Positions 1 through 11,770 of a stretch of 64,000 nt of DNA are shown here, piece by piece. Every line of letters begins with the position of its first letter. Positions within the stretch are counted from its first letter, which is position 1. The stretch is taken from the NCBI GenBank assembly GCA_002189035.1, contig NEEC01000092.1, positions 23,036 through 87,035 of the forward strand, in the 5' to 3' direction. The DNA is from Utricularia gibba (taxonomy: Eukaryota > Plantae > Magnoliophyta). The notes beneath the pieces were generated by a model. The model made no database searches. It worked only from the letters and a program-made list of their open reading frames with translations, and had not been told where the DNA came from. The translations under genes were made by a program, and so were the position numbers.

Positions 1-3000
1 AAGAATGCGATTGAGAAAGCCATTTTGGGTGCTCATGACATCCTAACTTCAATAAATGCATTACGATTTCGTCGAGTAGGACCTGATGTGGCAAAGGAGT
101 CTGACCGAACCTTGGGTCTGAACGAAGTTCCCAACGACATCACCCGCCGAAAAACGACAAGCTTTTCCTTGAGAAACCATGTAGGCAGCCTATTAAAACC
201 CAACGTTAATAAATGCATCACGTTTTTTGCGGAGCTACAAATGACTATGGGCCGAGCCCGACTCGACCTTTTGCCGATACCGTGCCCCACTAGAGCGCCT
301 CCTCAAATACAAAGCATGCGATTGAGAAAACCATTTTGGGTGCTCATGAAATCCTAACTTCAATAACTGCATCACGATTTTCGTCGAGTAGGACCCGATG
401 TGGCAAAGGAGTCAGACCGAACCTTGGGTCAGAACGAAGTTCCAAAAGACATCACCGCCAAAAACGACAAGCTTTTCCTTGAGAAACCATTGAGGCGGCC
501 TATTAAAACCAACCGTTAATAAATGCATCAAGTTTTTTGCCGAGCTACAAATGACTATGGGCCCGAGCTCGACTCGACCTCCTGCTCGATACCGTTGCCC
601 CACGAGAGTGCCTATCAAATATAAAGCATGCGGTTGAGAAAACATTTTGGGTGCTCATGATATCCTAACTTCAATAACTGCATCACGATTTTCGTCGAGT
701 AGGACCGATGGCAAAGGAGTCAGACAGAACCTTGGGTCTGAACGAAGTTCCCAACGACATCACCGCCGAAAAACGACAAGCTTTTCTTTGAGAAACCCAT
801 TGAGGCGGCCTATTAAAACCAACCGTTAATAAATGCATCAAGTTTTTTGCCGAGCTACAAATGACTATGGCCCGAGCTCGACTCGACCTCCTGCTCGATA
901 CCGTTGCCCCACGAGAGTGCCTTATCAAATAAAGCATGCGATTGAGAAAACCATTTTGGGTGCTCATGACATCCTAACTTCAATAAATGCATCACGATTT
1001 CGTCGAGTAGGACCGATGTGGCAAAGGAGTCAGACCGAACCTTGGGTCTGAACGAAGTTCCCAACGACATCACCCGCGAAAAACGACAAGCTTTTCCTTG
1101 AGAAACCATGTAGGCAGCCTATTAAAACCAACGTTAATAAATGCATCAAGTTTTTTGCGGAGCTACAAATGACTATGGGCCCGAGCCCGACTCGACCTTT
1201 TGCCGATACCGTTGCCCCACGAGAGCGCCTTATCAAATATAAAGCATGCGATTGAGAAAACCATTTTGGGTGCTCATGAAATCCTAACTTCAATAACTGC
1301 ATTACGATTTTCGTCGAGTAGGACCTGATGTGGCAAAGGAGTCAGACAGAACCTTGGGTCTGAACGAAGTTCCCAACGACATCACCCGCCAAAAACGACA
1401 AGCTTTTCCTTGAGAAACCCATTGAGGCGGCCTATTAAAACCAACGTTAATAAATGCATCAAGTTTTTTGCCGAGCTACAAATGACTATGGGCCGAGCTC
1501 GACTCGACCTCCTGCTCGATACCGTGCCCACGAGAGTGCCTTATCAAATATAAAGAATGCGATTGAGAAAACATTTTGGGTGCTCATGACATCCTAACTT
1601 CAATAACTGCATTACGATTTCGTCGAGTAGGACCTGATGTGGCAAAGGAGTCTGACCGAACCTTGGGTCTGAACGAAGTTCACAACGACATCACCCGCCG
1701 AAAAACGACAAGCTTTTCCTTGAGAAACCATGTAGGCAGCCTATTAAAACCAACGTTAATAAATGCATCAAGTTTTTTGCGGAGCTACAAATGACTATGG
1801 GACCGAGCCCGACTCGACCTTTTGCCGATACCGTGCCCACTAGAGCGCCTCCTCAAATACAAAGCATGCGATTGAGAAACCATTTTGGGTGCTCATGAAA
1901 TCCTAACTTCAATAACTGCATCGATTTTCGTCGAGTAGGACCGATGTGGCAAAGGAGTCAGACAGAACCTTGGGTCTGAACGAAGTTCCCAACGACATCA
2001 CCGCCAAAAACGACAAGCTTTTCCTTGAGAAACCATTGAGGCGGCCTATTAAAACCAACCGTTATAAATGCATCAAGTTTTTTGCCGAGCTACAAATGAC
2101 TATGGGCCCGAGCTCGACTCGACCTCCTGCTCGATACCGTTGCCCCACGAGAGTGCCTTATCAAATATAAAGCATGCGATTGAGAAAACCATTTTGGGTG
2201 CTCATGACATCCTAACTTCAATAAATGCATTACGATTTTCGTCGAGTAGGACCTGATGTGGCAAAGGAGTCAGACCGAACCTTGGGTCTGAACGAAGTTC
2301 CCAACGACATCACCCGCCGAAAAACGACAAGCTTTTCCTTGAGAAACCATGTAGGCAGCCTATTAAAACCAACGTTAATAAATGCATCACGTTTTTTGCG
2401 GAGCTACAAATGACTATGGGACCGAGCCCGACTCGACCTTTTGCCCGATACCGTGCCCCACTAGAGCGCCTCCTCAAATACAAAGCATGCGATTGAGAAA
2501 ACCATTTTGGGTGCTCATGAAATCCTAACTTCAATAACTGCATCACGATTTCGTCGAGTAGGACCGATGTGGCAAAGGAGTCAGACAGAACCTTGGGTCT
2601 GAACGAAGTTCCCAACGACATCACCCGCCGAAAAACGACAAGCTTTTCCTTGAGAAACCATTGAGGCGGCCTATTAAAACCAACCGTTAATAAATGCATC
2701 AAGTTTTTTGCCGAGCTACAAATGACTATGGGCCCGAGCTCGACTCGACCTCCTGCTCGATACCGCCCCACGAGAGTGCCTTATCAAATATAAAGAATGC
2801 GATTGAGAAAACATTTTGGGTGCTCATGACATCCTAACTTCAATAAATGCATTACGATTTTCGTCGAGTAGGACCTGATGTGGCAAAGGAGTCTGACCGA
2901 ACCTTGGGTCTGAACGAAGTTCACAACGACATCACCCGCCGAAAAACGACAAGCTTTTCCTTGAGAAACCATGTAGGCAGCCTATTAAAACCCAACGTTA

Positions 3001-4880
3001 GTAAATGCATCACGTTTTTTGCGGAGCTACAAATGAGTATGGGACCGAGCCCGACTCGACCTTTTGCCGATACCGTGCCCCACTAGAGCGCCTCCTCAAA
3101 TACAAAGCATGCGATTGAGAAAACCATTTTGGGTGCTCATGAAATCCTAACTTCAATAACTGCATCACGATTTTCGTCGAGTAGGACCGATGTGGCAAAG
3201 GAGTCAGACAGAACCTTGGGTCTGAACGAAGTTCCCAACGACATCACCCGCCGAAAAACGACAAGCTTTTCCTTGAGAAACCATTGAGGCGGCCTATTAA
3301 AACCAACCGTTAATAAATGCATCAAGTTTTTTGCCGAGCTACAAATGACTATGGGCCCGAGCTCGACTCGACCTCCTGCTCGATACCGTTGCCCCACGAG
3401 AGTGCCTTATCAAATATAAAAGATGCGATTGAGAAAACCATTTTGGGTGCTCATGACATCCTAACTTCAATAAATGCATTACGATTTCGTCGAGTAGGAC
3501 CTGATGTGGCAAAGGAGTCTGACCGAACCTTGGGTCTGAACGAAGTTCCCAACGACATCACCCGCCGAAAAACGACAAGCTTTTCCTTGAGAAACCATGT
3601 AGGCAGCCTATTAAAACCCAACGTTAGTAAATGCATCACGTTTTTTGCGGAGCTACAAATGAGTATGGGACCGAGCCCGACTCGACCTTTTGTCCGATAC
3701 CGTGCCCCACTAGAGCGCCTCCTCAAATACAAAGCATGCGATTGAGAAAACCATTTTGGGTGCTCATGAAATCCTAACTTCAATAACTGCATCACGATTT
3801 TCGTCGAGTAGGACCCGATGTGGCAAAGGAGTCAGACAGAACCTTGGGTCTGAACGAAGTTCCCAACGACATCACCGCCAAAAACGACAAGCTTTTCCTT
3901 GAGAAACCATTGAGGCAGCCTATTAAAACCAACCGTTAATAAATGCATCAAGTTTTTTGCCGAGCTACAAATGACTATGGGCCCGAGCTCGACTCGACCT
4001 CCTGCTCGATACCGTTGCCCCACGAGAGTGCCTTATCAAATATAAAGAATGCGATTGAGAAAACCATTTTGGGTGCTCATGACATCCTAACTTCAATAAA
4101 TGCATTCGATTTCGTCGAGTAGGACCGATGTGGCAAAGGAGTCTGACCGAACCTTGGGTCTGAACGAAGTTCCCAACGACATCACCCGCCGAAAAACGAC
4201 AAGCTTTTCCTTGAGAAACCATGTAGGCAGCCTATTAAAACCAACGTTAATAAATGCATCATTTTTTGCGGAGCTACAAATTATGGGCCGAGCCGACTCG
4301 ACCTTTTGCCGATACCGTGCCCCACGAGAGCGCCTCCTCAAATATAAAGCATGCGATTGAGAAAACCATTTTGGGTGCTCATGAATCCTAACTTCAATAA
4401 CTGCATCACGATTTCGTCGAGTAGGACCGATGTGGCAAAGGAGTCAGACAGAACCTTGGGTCTGAACGAAGTTCCCAACGACATCACCGCCAAAAACGAC
4501 AAGCTTTTCCTTGAGAAACCATTGAGGCGGCCTATTAAAACCAACGTTAATAAATGCATCAAGTTTTTTGCCGAGCTACAAATGACTATGGGCCCGAGCT
4601 CGACTCGACCTCCTGCTCGATACCGTTGCCCCACGAGAGTGCCTTATCAAATATAAAGCATGCGGTTGAGAAAACCATTTTGGGTGCTCATGAATCCTAA
4701 CTTCAATAAATGCATTACGATTTCGTCGAGTAGGACCTGATGTGGCAAAGGAGTCTGACCGAACCTTGGGTCTGAACGAAGTTCCAACGACATCACCCGC
4801 CGAAAAACGACAAGCTTTTCCTTGAGAAACCATGTAGGCAGCCTATTAAAACCCAACGTTAGTAAATGCATCACGTTTTT
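1..4880 (+). repeat. Two-monomer HOR domain (X-Y)n, ~620-630-bp period
   Basis: Monomers alternate between X (gaCatcc, aataaAtgcatTac, ccatGTaggcAg, gcGgag, acctTTTg, cacTagagCgccTCC, taCaaag) and Y (gaAatcc, aataaCtgcatCac, ccatTGaggcGg, gcCgag, acctCCTg, cacGagagTgccTTA, often ending aagAatgc). One extra Y-like unit lies at ~628-935. Confidence 0.85.
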
Positions 4881-7800
4881 TTTTCTAGAACATCAATCAC
4901 TTTTTCCTTGAGTATATTAAAACCAACGGGAGCTACGAGGGCCGACTCGACCGACCTTGCTTGCCCCACGAGAGTATCCATGTTGCCCCATGAATCCTAA
5001 CTTCAATAACTGCATCACGATTTTCGTCGAGTAGGACTGTGGCCTTGGGTCAAATACAACGAGCCGATGCCATTGAGGGCCTATTAAAACCAACGTTAAT
5101 AAATGCATCAAACCAAATTTTCGGGTCGCCGTCATGATCAATATAAAGATGCGGTTGAGAAAACCATTTTGGGTGCTCATGATAACTGCATTACGATTTT
5201 CGTCGAGTAGGACCCGGAGTGTGGCTGAACGAGGACATCACCCGCGAAAAACGACAAGCTTTTCCTTGAGAAACCATGTAGGCAGCCTATTAAAACCAAC
5301 GTTAATAAATGCATCAAGTTTTTTGCGGAGCTACAAATGACTATGGACCGAAGTTCAAAAGACAAATCATGCCCGCCCCTAACTTCAAAACGACACGAGC
5401 TTTTCCTTGGGTCTGAACGAAAAACGACATCACCGCCCAAAACGAAGCTTTTCCTTGAGAAACCCATTGCGGCCTATTAAAACCAACCGTTAATAAATGC
5501 ATCAAGTTTTTGCCGAGCTACAAATGACTATGGGCCCGAGCTCGACTCGACCTCCTGCTCGATACCGTTGCCCCACGAGAGTGAATGCTTATCTCAAATA
5601 ACTAAAGCATGCGTCGAGTTGGCAAAGGAGTCAGACCGAACCTTGGGTCTGAACGAAGTTTTGAGGTAGCTATTAAAACCCAACGTTAGTAAATGATACG
5701 TTTTTTGCCTAACTTCCGAGCCCGACTCGACCTTTTGCCGACCGTGCCCCATCACATGATTTTCGTCCTAACTTCAATAACTGCATCACGATTTTCGTCG
5801 AGTAGGACCCGATGTGGCAAAGGAGTCAGACCGAGAGACCTTGAGGAGGCGGCCTATTAAAACCAACGTTAATAAATGCATCAAGTTTTTTGCCGAGCTA
5901 CAAATGACTATGGGCCGAGCTCGACTCGACCTCCTGCTCGATACCGTTGCCCCACGAGAGTGCCTATCAAATATAAAGCATGCGGTTGAGAAAACCATTT
6001 TGGGTGCTCATGATATCCTAACTTCAATAACTGCATCACGATTTTCGTCGAGTAGGACCGAAACCATTGAAAGGAGCCTAGACATTGAACCTAACCAACC
6101 GTTAATGAACGAAGTCAACGTTTTTCACCGAGCGCCGAAAAACGACAATATTTTCCTTGAGAAACCGACTTCCTGAGGCGCCTATTAAAACCAACGTTGC
6201 GTTACGAAAGTGCATCATAGTTTTTATAAAGCATGCGGTTGAGAAAACCATTTTGGGTGCTCATGAATCCTAACTTCAATAAATCTATGGGCCGATTTCT
6301 CGACTCGTCCTGAGGACGATACCGTTGCCCCGCGAGAGTCAGACCGATACCTTGGGTATAAAGAATGATTGAGAAAACCCGATTTCACCCGGGTCCGAAA
6401 AACGACATGCTTTTCCTTGAGAAACCATTGTAGGCATTACGATAATCGTCGACCCAGTTACCTGCATGCACAAAGCGAGTCGAGCCGAACAACTTGGGTC
6501 AGAACGAAGTTCCAACGACATCACCCGCAAAAACGACAAGCTTTTCCTTGAGAAACCATGAGGCGGCCTATTAAAACCAACGTTAATAAATGCATCAAGT
6601 TTTTTGCGAGCTACAAATGACTATGGGCCCGAGCTGACTCGACCTTTGCCGATACCGTGCCCCACGAGAGTGCCTTATCAAATACAAGCATGCGGTTGAG
6701 AAAACCATTTTGGGTGCTCATGAATCCTAACTTCAATAACTGCATCACGATTTTCGTCGAGTAGGACCGATGTGGCAAAAGTCAGACCGAACCTTGGGTC
6801 CGAACGAAGTTCCCAACGACATCACCCGCCAAAACGACAAGCTTTTCCTTGAGAAACCATGTAGGCGCCTATTAAAACCAACGTTAATAAATGCATCAAG
6901 TTTTTTGCCGAGCTACAAATGACTATGGGCCCGAGCTCGACTCGACCTCCTGCTCGATACCGTTGCCCCACGAGAGTGCCTTATCAAATATAAAGCATGC
7001 GGTTGAGAAAACCATTTTGGGTGCTCATGAATCCTAACTTCAATAACTGCATCACGATTTTCGTCGAGTAGGACCGATGTGGCAAAGGAGTCAGACCGAA
7101 CCTTGGGTCTTTCAGGTCTCACCCGAAGAAAAACGACATCACCTTGAGAAACCATGCCAAAAACGCAGCCTATTTCCCAACCTTGAGAAAACCCATTGAG
7201 GTTTTTTGCGTAGCTACAAATGACTATGGGACCGAGCCCGACTCGACCTTTTGCCGATACCGTGCCCCACTAGAGCGCCTCCTCAAATATAAAGCATGCG
7301 ATTGAGAAAACCATTTTGGGTGCTCATGAATCCTAACTTCAATAACTGCATCACGATTTTCGTCGAGTAGGACCCATGTGGCAAAGGGGCCGAGACAGAA
7401 CCTTGGGTCTGACCGAAGACCTTGCCGATACAACGATCAAATCATGCGGTTGAGAAAACCGCCATGAAAACTTCAATAACTGCATCACGATTTTCGTCGA
7501 GTAGGACCCGATGTGGCAAAGGAGTCAGACAGAACCTTGGGTCCGAACGAAACCGATTGAGAAAACCATTGCGGCCTATTAAAACCAACCGTTAATAAAT
7601 GCATCAAGTTTTTTGCCGAGCTACAAATGACTATGGGCCCGAGCTCGACTCGACCTCCTGCTCGATACCGTTGCCCCACGAGAGTGCCTTATCAAATATA
7701 AAGCAATGCTCATGATTGATCACGAAGTAACCATTTTGGGTCCGAACGAAGTTCAACGACATCACCCGCCAAAAAACATCCTTGAGAAACTTCAGCCTAT

Positions 7801-9460
7801 TAAATGCATTACGATTGGGCCCGAGCTCGACTCGAGCTAGGCCCCACCCTGCATGTTGAGAAAACAATGAGGATTTTCGTCGAGTAGGACCGAACAGACC
7901 GAACCTTGGGTCTTCCAACGAATCGAAGACAAGCTTTTCCTTGAGAAACAAGGCAGCCTACCCAACGTCATCCCGAGCTACGACTAAAACGCTCGACCGT
8001 TGCCCCACGAGAGCTTTTCATGCGGTTGAGAAACCATGTGCTCAGGCAGATTTTCGTCGAGTATTGGCAAAAGTCCGAACAAACGTTAGTAAATGCCATC
8101 AGCCTATTAAAACCAACGTTAATTTCAAGTGCGGCTAGCTACAACTCGATCCTGATACCGTTGCCCCATGCATGCGGTTGAGAAAACCATTTTGGGTGCT
8201 CATGCCTAACGACACGATTTCGACCGATTTTGGGTCCGAAGTTCCCAACGTCACCCGCCCCACTTTTCCTTGAGAGCGCCTCCTCAAATACAAAGCATGG
8301 GCCGAGCCCGACTTTTTTGCCGATAACCGTGCTCCCACTCAGACGCGTCCTCCTCAAATATAAAAAACGCATGCCGAGCTATGAGAAACCATTTTGCGGT
8401 TGACTCATGACATATCCTAGACGTTCAAATAAACTGCTGATTCCACGATCACGATTTTCGTCGAGTAGGACCGAGATTTGGCAAACGCCGAGTCAGACCG
8501 AATTAAAACCATTTTGGGTCATGAACGAACGATTCTCGACAACAGACAGAACCTCACCGCATCACGAAAACGACAAGCTTTTCCTTGAGAAACCATTGAG
8601 GCCCTATTGAGGCGAGCCTGACTTAAAGACCAACGTTGAGAAACCATTTTGGGTGCTCATGAATCCTAACTTCAATAAATGCATCAATCGTCGAGTAGGA
8701 CCTGTGTTTGCCGAAGCTACAAATGAAAAACTATGGGCCCGAGCTCGACTCGACCTCCTGCTCGATACCGTTGCCCCGAGAGCGCCGATTGATCAGACAT
8801 AACTTCAAAGCATGCGGTATGAGATCAACCGACCATTATTGAGGTGCTCCATGCATCAATCCTAACTTCAATAACTTGCATCACGGAGTTTTCTGTCGAG
8901 TAGGACCGATGTGGCAAAGGAGTCAGACCGAACCTTGGGTCAGAATCCAACGAAGTTCACAACGAACCCATTCACACGCCACAAAAAACGACCTTTTCGA
9001 GAAAACTCGGCCTATTAAAACCTTTTGCATCAAGTTTTTTGCGAGCTACCGTCGACTCGACCTCCTGCTCGATACCGTTGCCCCACGAGAGTGCCTTATC
9101 AAATATAAAGCATGCGGTTGAGAAATTTTTGCTCATGAATCCTAACTTCAATAATGCATCACGATTTTCGTCGAGTAGGACCCGATGTGGCAAAGGAGTC
9201 AGACCGAACCTTGGTCAGAACGAAGTTCCCAACGACATCACCCGCCCAAAAACGACAAGCTTTTCCTTGAGAAACCATGTAGGCGCCTATTAAAACCAAC
9301 GTTAATAAATGCATCAATCCGAGCTAACTTGGGCAGCTCGATAACCGTGCACGAGAGCGCTCACATGCGGTTGAGAAAACCATTTTGGGTGCTCATGAAT
9401 CCTAACTTCAATAACTGAGTAGTAGACCCGAGATTGGCAGAAGGAGACATCAGAAAACGA
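4881..9460 (+). other. Scrambled or degenerate satellite segment (probable consensus/assembly artefact)
   Basis: Built only from short same-strand fragments of the monomer with large deletions and local shuffling (4881-6520, 7110-7470, 7700-8880, 9315-9460). Near-intact units are interspersed (~6520-7110). No foreign sequence recognised. Confidence 0.8.
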
Positions 9461-11770
9461 CAAGCTTTTCCTTGAGAAACCATGTAGGCGCCTATTAAAA
9501 CCAACGTTAATAAATGCATCAAGTTTTTTGCCGAGCTACAAATGACTATGGGCCCGACTCGACTCGACCTCCTGCTCGATACCGTTGCCCCACGAGAGTG
9601 CCTTATCAAATATAAAGCATGCGGTTGAGAAAACCATTTTGGGTGCTCATGAATCCTAACTTCAATAACTGCATCACGATTTTCGCGAGTAGGACCCGAT
9701 GTGGCAAAGGAGTCAGACCGAACCTTGGGTCCGAACGAAGTTCACAACGACATCACCCGCCCAAAAACACAAGCTTTTCCTTGAGAAACCATGAGGCAGC
9801 CTATTAAAACCCAACGTTAATAAATGCATCAAGTTTTTTGCCGAGCTACAAATGACTATGGGCCCGAGCTCGACTCGACCTGCTCGATACCGTTGCCCCA
9901 CGAGAGCGCCTTATCAAATATAAAGCATGCGGTTGAGAAAACCATTTTGGGTGCTCATGAATCCTAACTTCAATAACTGCATCACGATTTTCGTCGAGTA
10001 GGACCCGATGTGGCAAAGGAGTCAGACCGAACCTTGGGTCAGAACGAAGTTCACAACGACATCACCCGCCAAAACGACAAGCTTTTCCTTGAGAAAACCA
10101 TTGAGGCGGCCTATTAAAACCAACGTTAATAAATGCATCAAGTTTTTTGCCGAGCTACAAATGACTATGGGCCCGAGCTCGACTCGACCTCCTGCTCGAT
10201 ACCGTTGCCCCACGAGTGCCTTATCAAATATAAAGCATGCGGTTGAGAAAACCATTTTGGGTGCTCATGAATCCTAACTTCAATAACTGCATCACGATTT
10301 TCGTCGAGTAGGACCGATTGGCAAAGGAGTCAGACCGAACCTTGGGTCCGAACGAAGTTCCCAACGACATCACCCGCCCAAAAACGACAAGCTTTTCCTT
10401 GAGAAACCATTAGGCGCCTATTAAAACCAACGTTAATAAATGCATCAATTTTTTGCCGAGCTACAAATGACTATGGGCCCGAGCTCGACTCGACCTCCTG
10501 CTCGATACCGTTGCCCCACGAGAGCCTTATCAAATATAAAGCATGCGGTTGAGAAAACCATTTTGGGTGCTCATGAATCCTAACTTCAATAACTGCATCA
10601 CGATTTTCGTCGAGTAGGACCGATGTGGCAAAGGAGTCGACCGAACCTTGGTCAGAACGAAGTTCCAACGACATCACCGCCCAAAAACGACAAGCTTTTC
10701 CTTGAGAAACCATGAGGCAGCCTATTAAAACCAACGTTAATAAATGCATCAAGTTTTTTGCCGAGCTACAAATGACTATGGCCCGAGCCGACTCGACCTT
10801 TGCCGATACCGTGCCCCACGAGAGCGCCTATCAAATATAAAGCATGCGGTTGAGAAAACCATTTTGGGTGCTCATGAATCCTAACTTCAATAACTGCATC
10901 ACGATTTTCGTCGAGTAGGACCCGATTGGCAAAGGAGTGACAGAACCTTGGGTCGAACGAAGTTCCCAACGACATCACCGCCCAAAACGACAAGCTTTTC
11001 CTTGAGAAACCATTGAGGCGCCTATAAAACAACGTTAATAAATGCATCAAGTTTTTTGCCGAGCTACAAATGACTATGGGCCGAGCTCGACTCGACCTCC
11101 TGCTCGATACCGTTGCCCCACGAGAGCGCCTTATCAAATATAAAGCATGCGGTTGAGAAAACCATTTTGGGTGCTCATGATATCCTAACTTCAATAACTG
11201 CATCACGATTTTCGTCGAGTAGGACCCGATGTGGCAAAGGAGTCAGACCGAACCTTGGGTCCGAACGAAGTTCCAACGACATCACCCGCCCAAAAACGAC
11301 AAGCTTTTCCTTGAGAAACCATGTAGGCAGCCTATTAAAACCAACGTTAATAAATGCATCAAGTTTTTTGCCGAGCTACAAATGACTATGGGCCCGAGCT
11401 CGACTCGACCTCCTGCTCGATACCGTTGCCCCACGAGAGCGCCTTATCAAATATAAAGCATGCGGTTGAGAAAACCATTTTGGGTGCTCATGAATCCTAA
11501 CTTCAATAACTGCATCACGATTTTCGTCGAGTAGGACCCGATGTGGCAAAGGAGTCAGACCGAACCTTGGGTCCGAACGAAGTTCAAACGACATCACCCG
11601 CCCAAAAACGACAAGCTTTTCCTTGAGAAACATGTAGGCAGCCTATAAAACCAACGTTAATAAATGCATCAATTTTTTTGCCGAGCTACAAATGACTATG
11701 GGCCCGAGCTCGACTCGACCTCCTGCTCGATACCGTTGCCCCACGAGAGTGCCTTATCAAATATAAAGCA
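9461..11770 (+). repeat. Weakly differentiated monomeric stretch with many single-base deletions
   Basis: About seven Z-like monomers without a clear HOR period. Diagnostic sites are often missing a base (ctcatgaatcc, aggcgcc at 9486/10412/11016, gagtcgaccga at ~10634). Confidence 0.65.

Noticed and set aside
4881-9460. Transposon insertion or foreign DNA in the irregular region
   Set aside because: The fragments I could trace all map to the satellite monomer. No terminal repeats, target-site duplication or coding remnants were seen.
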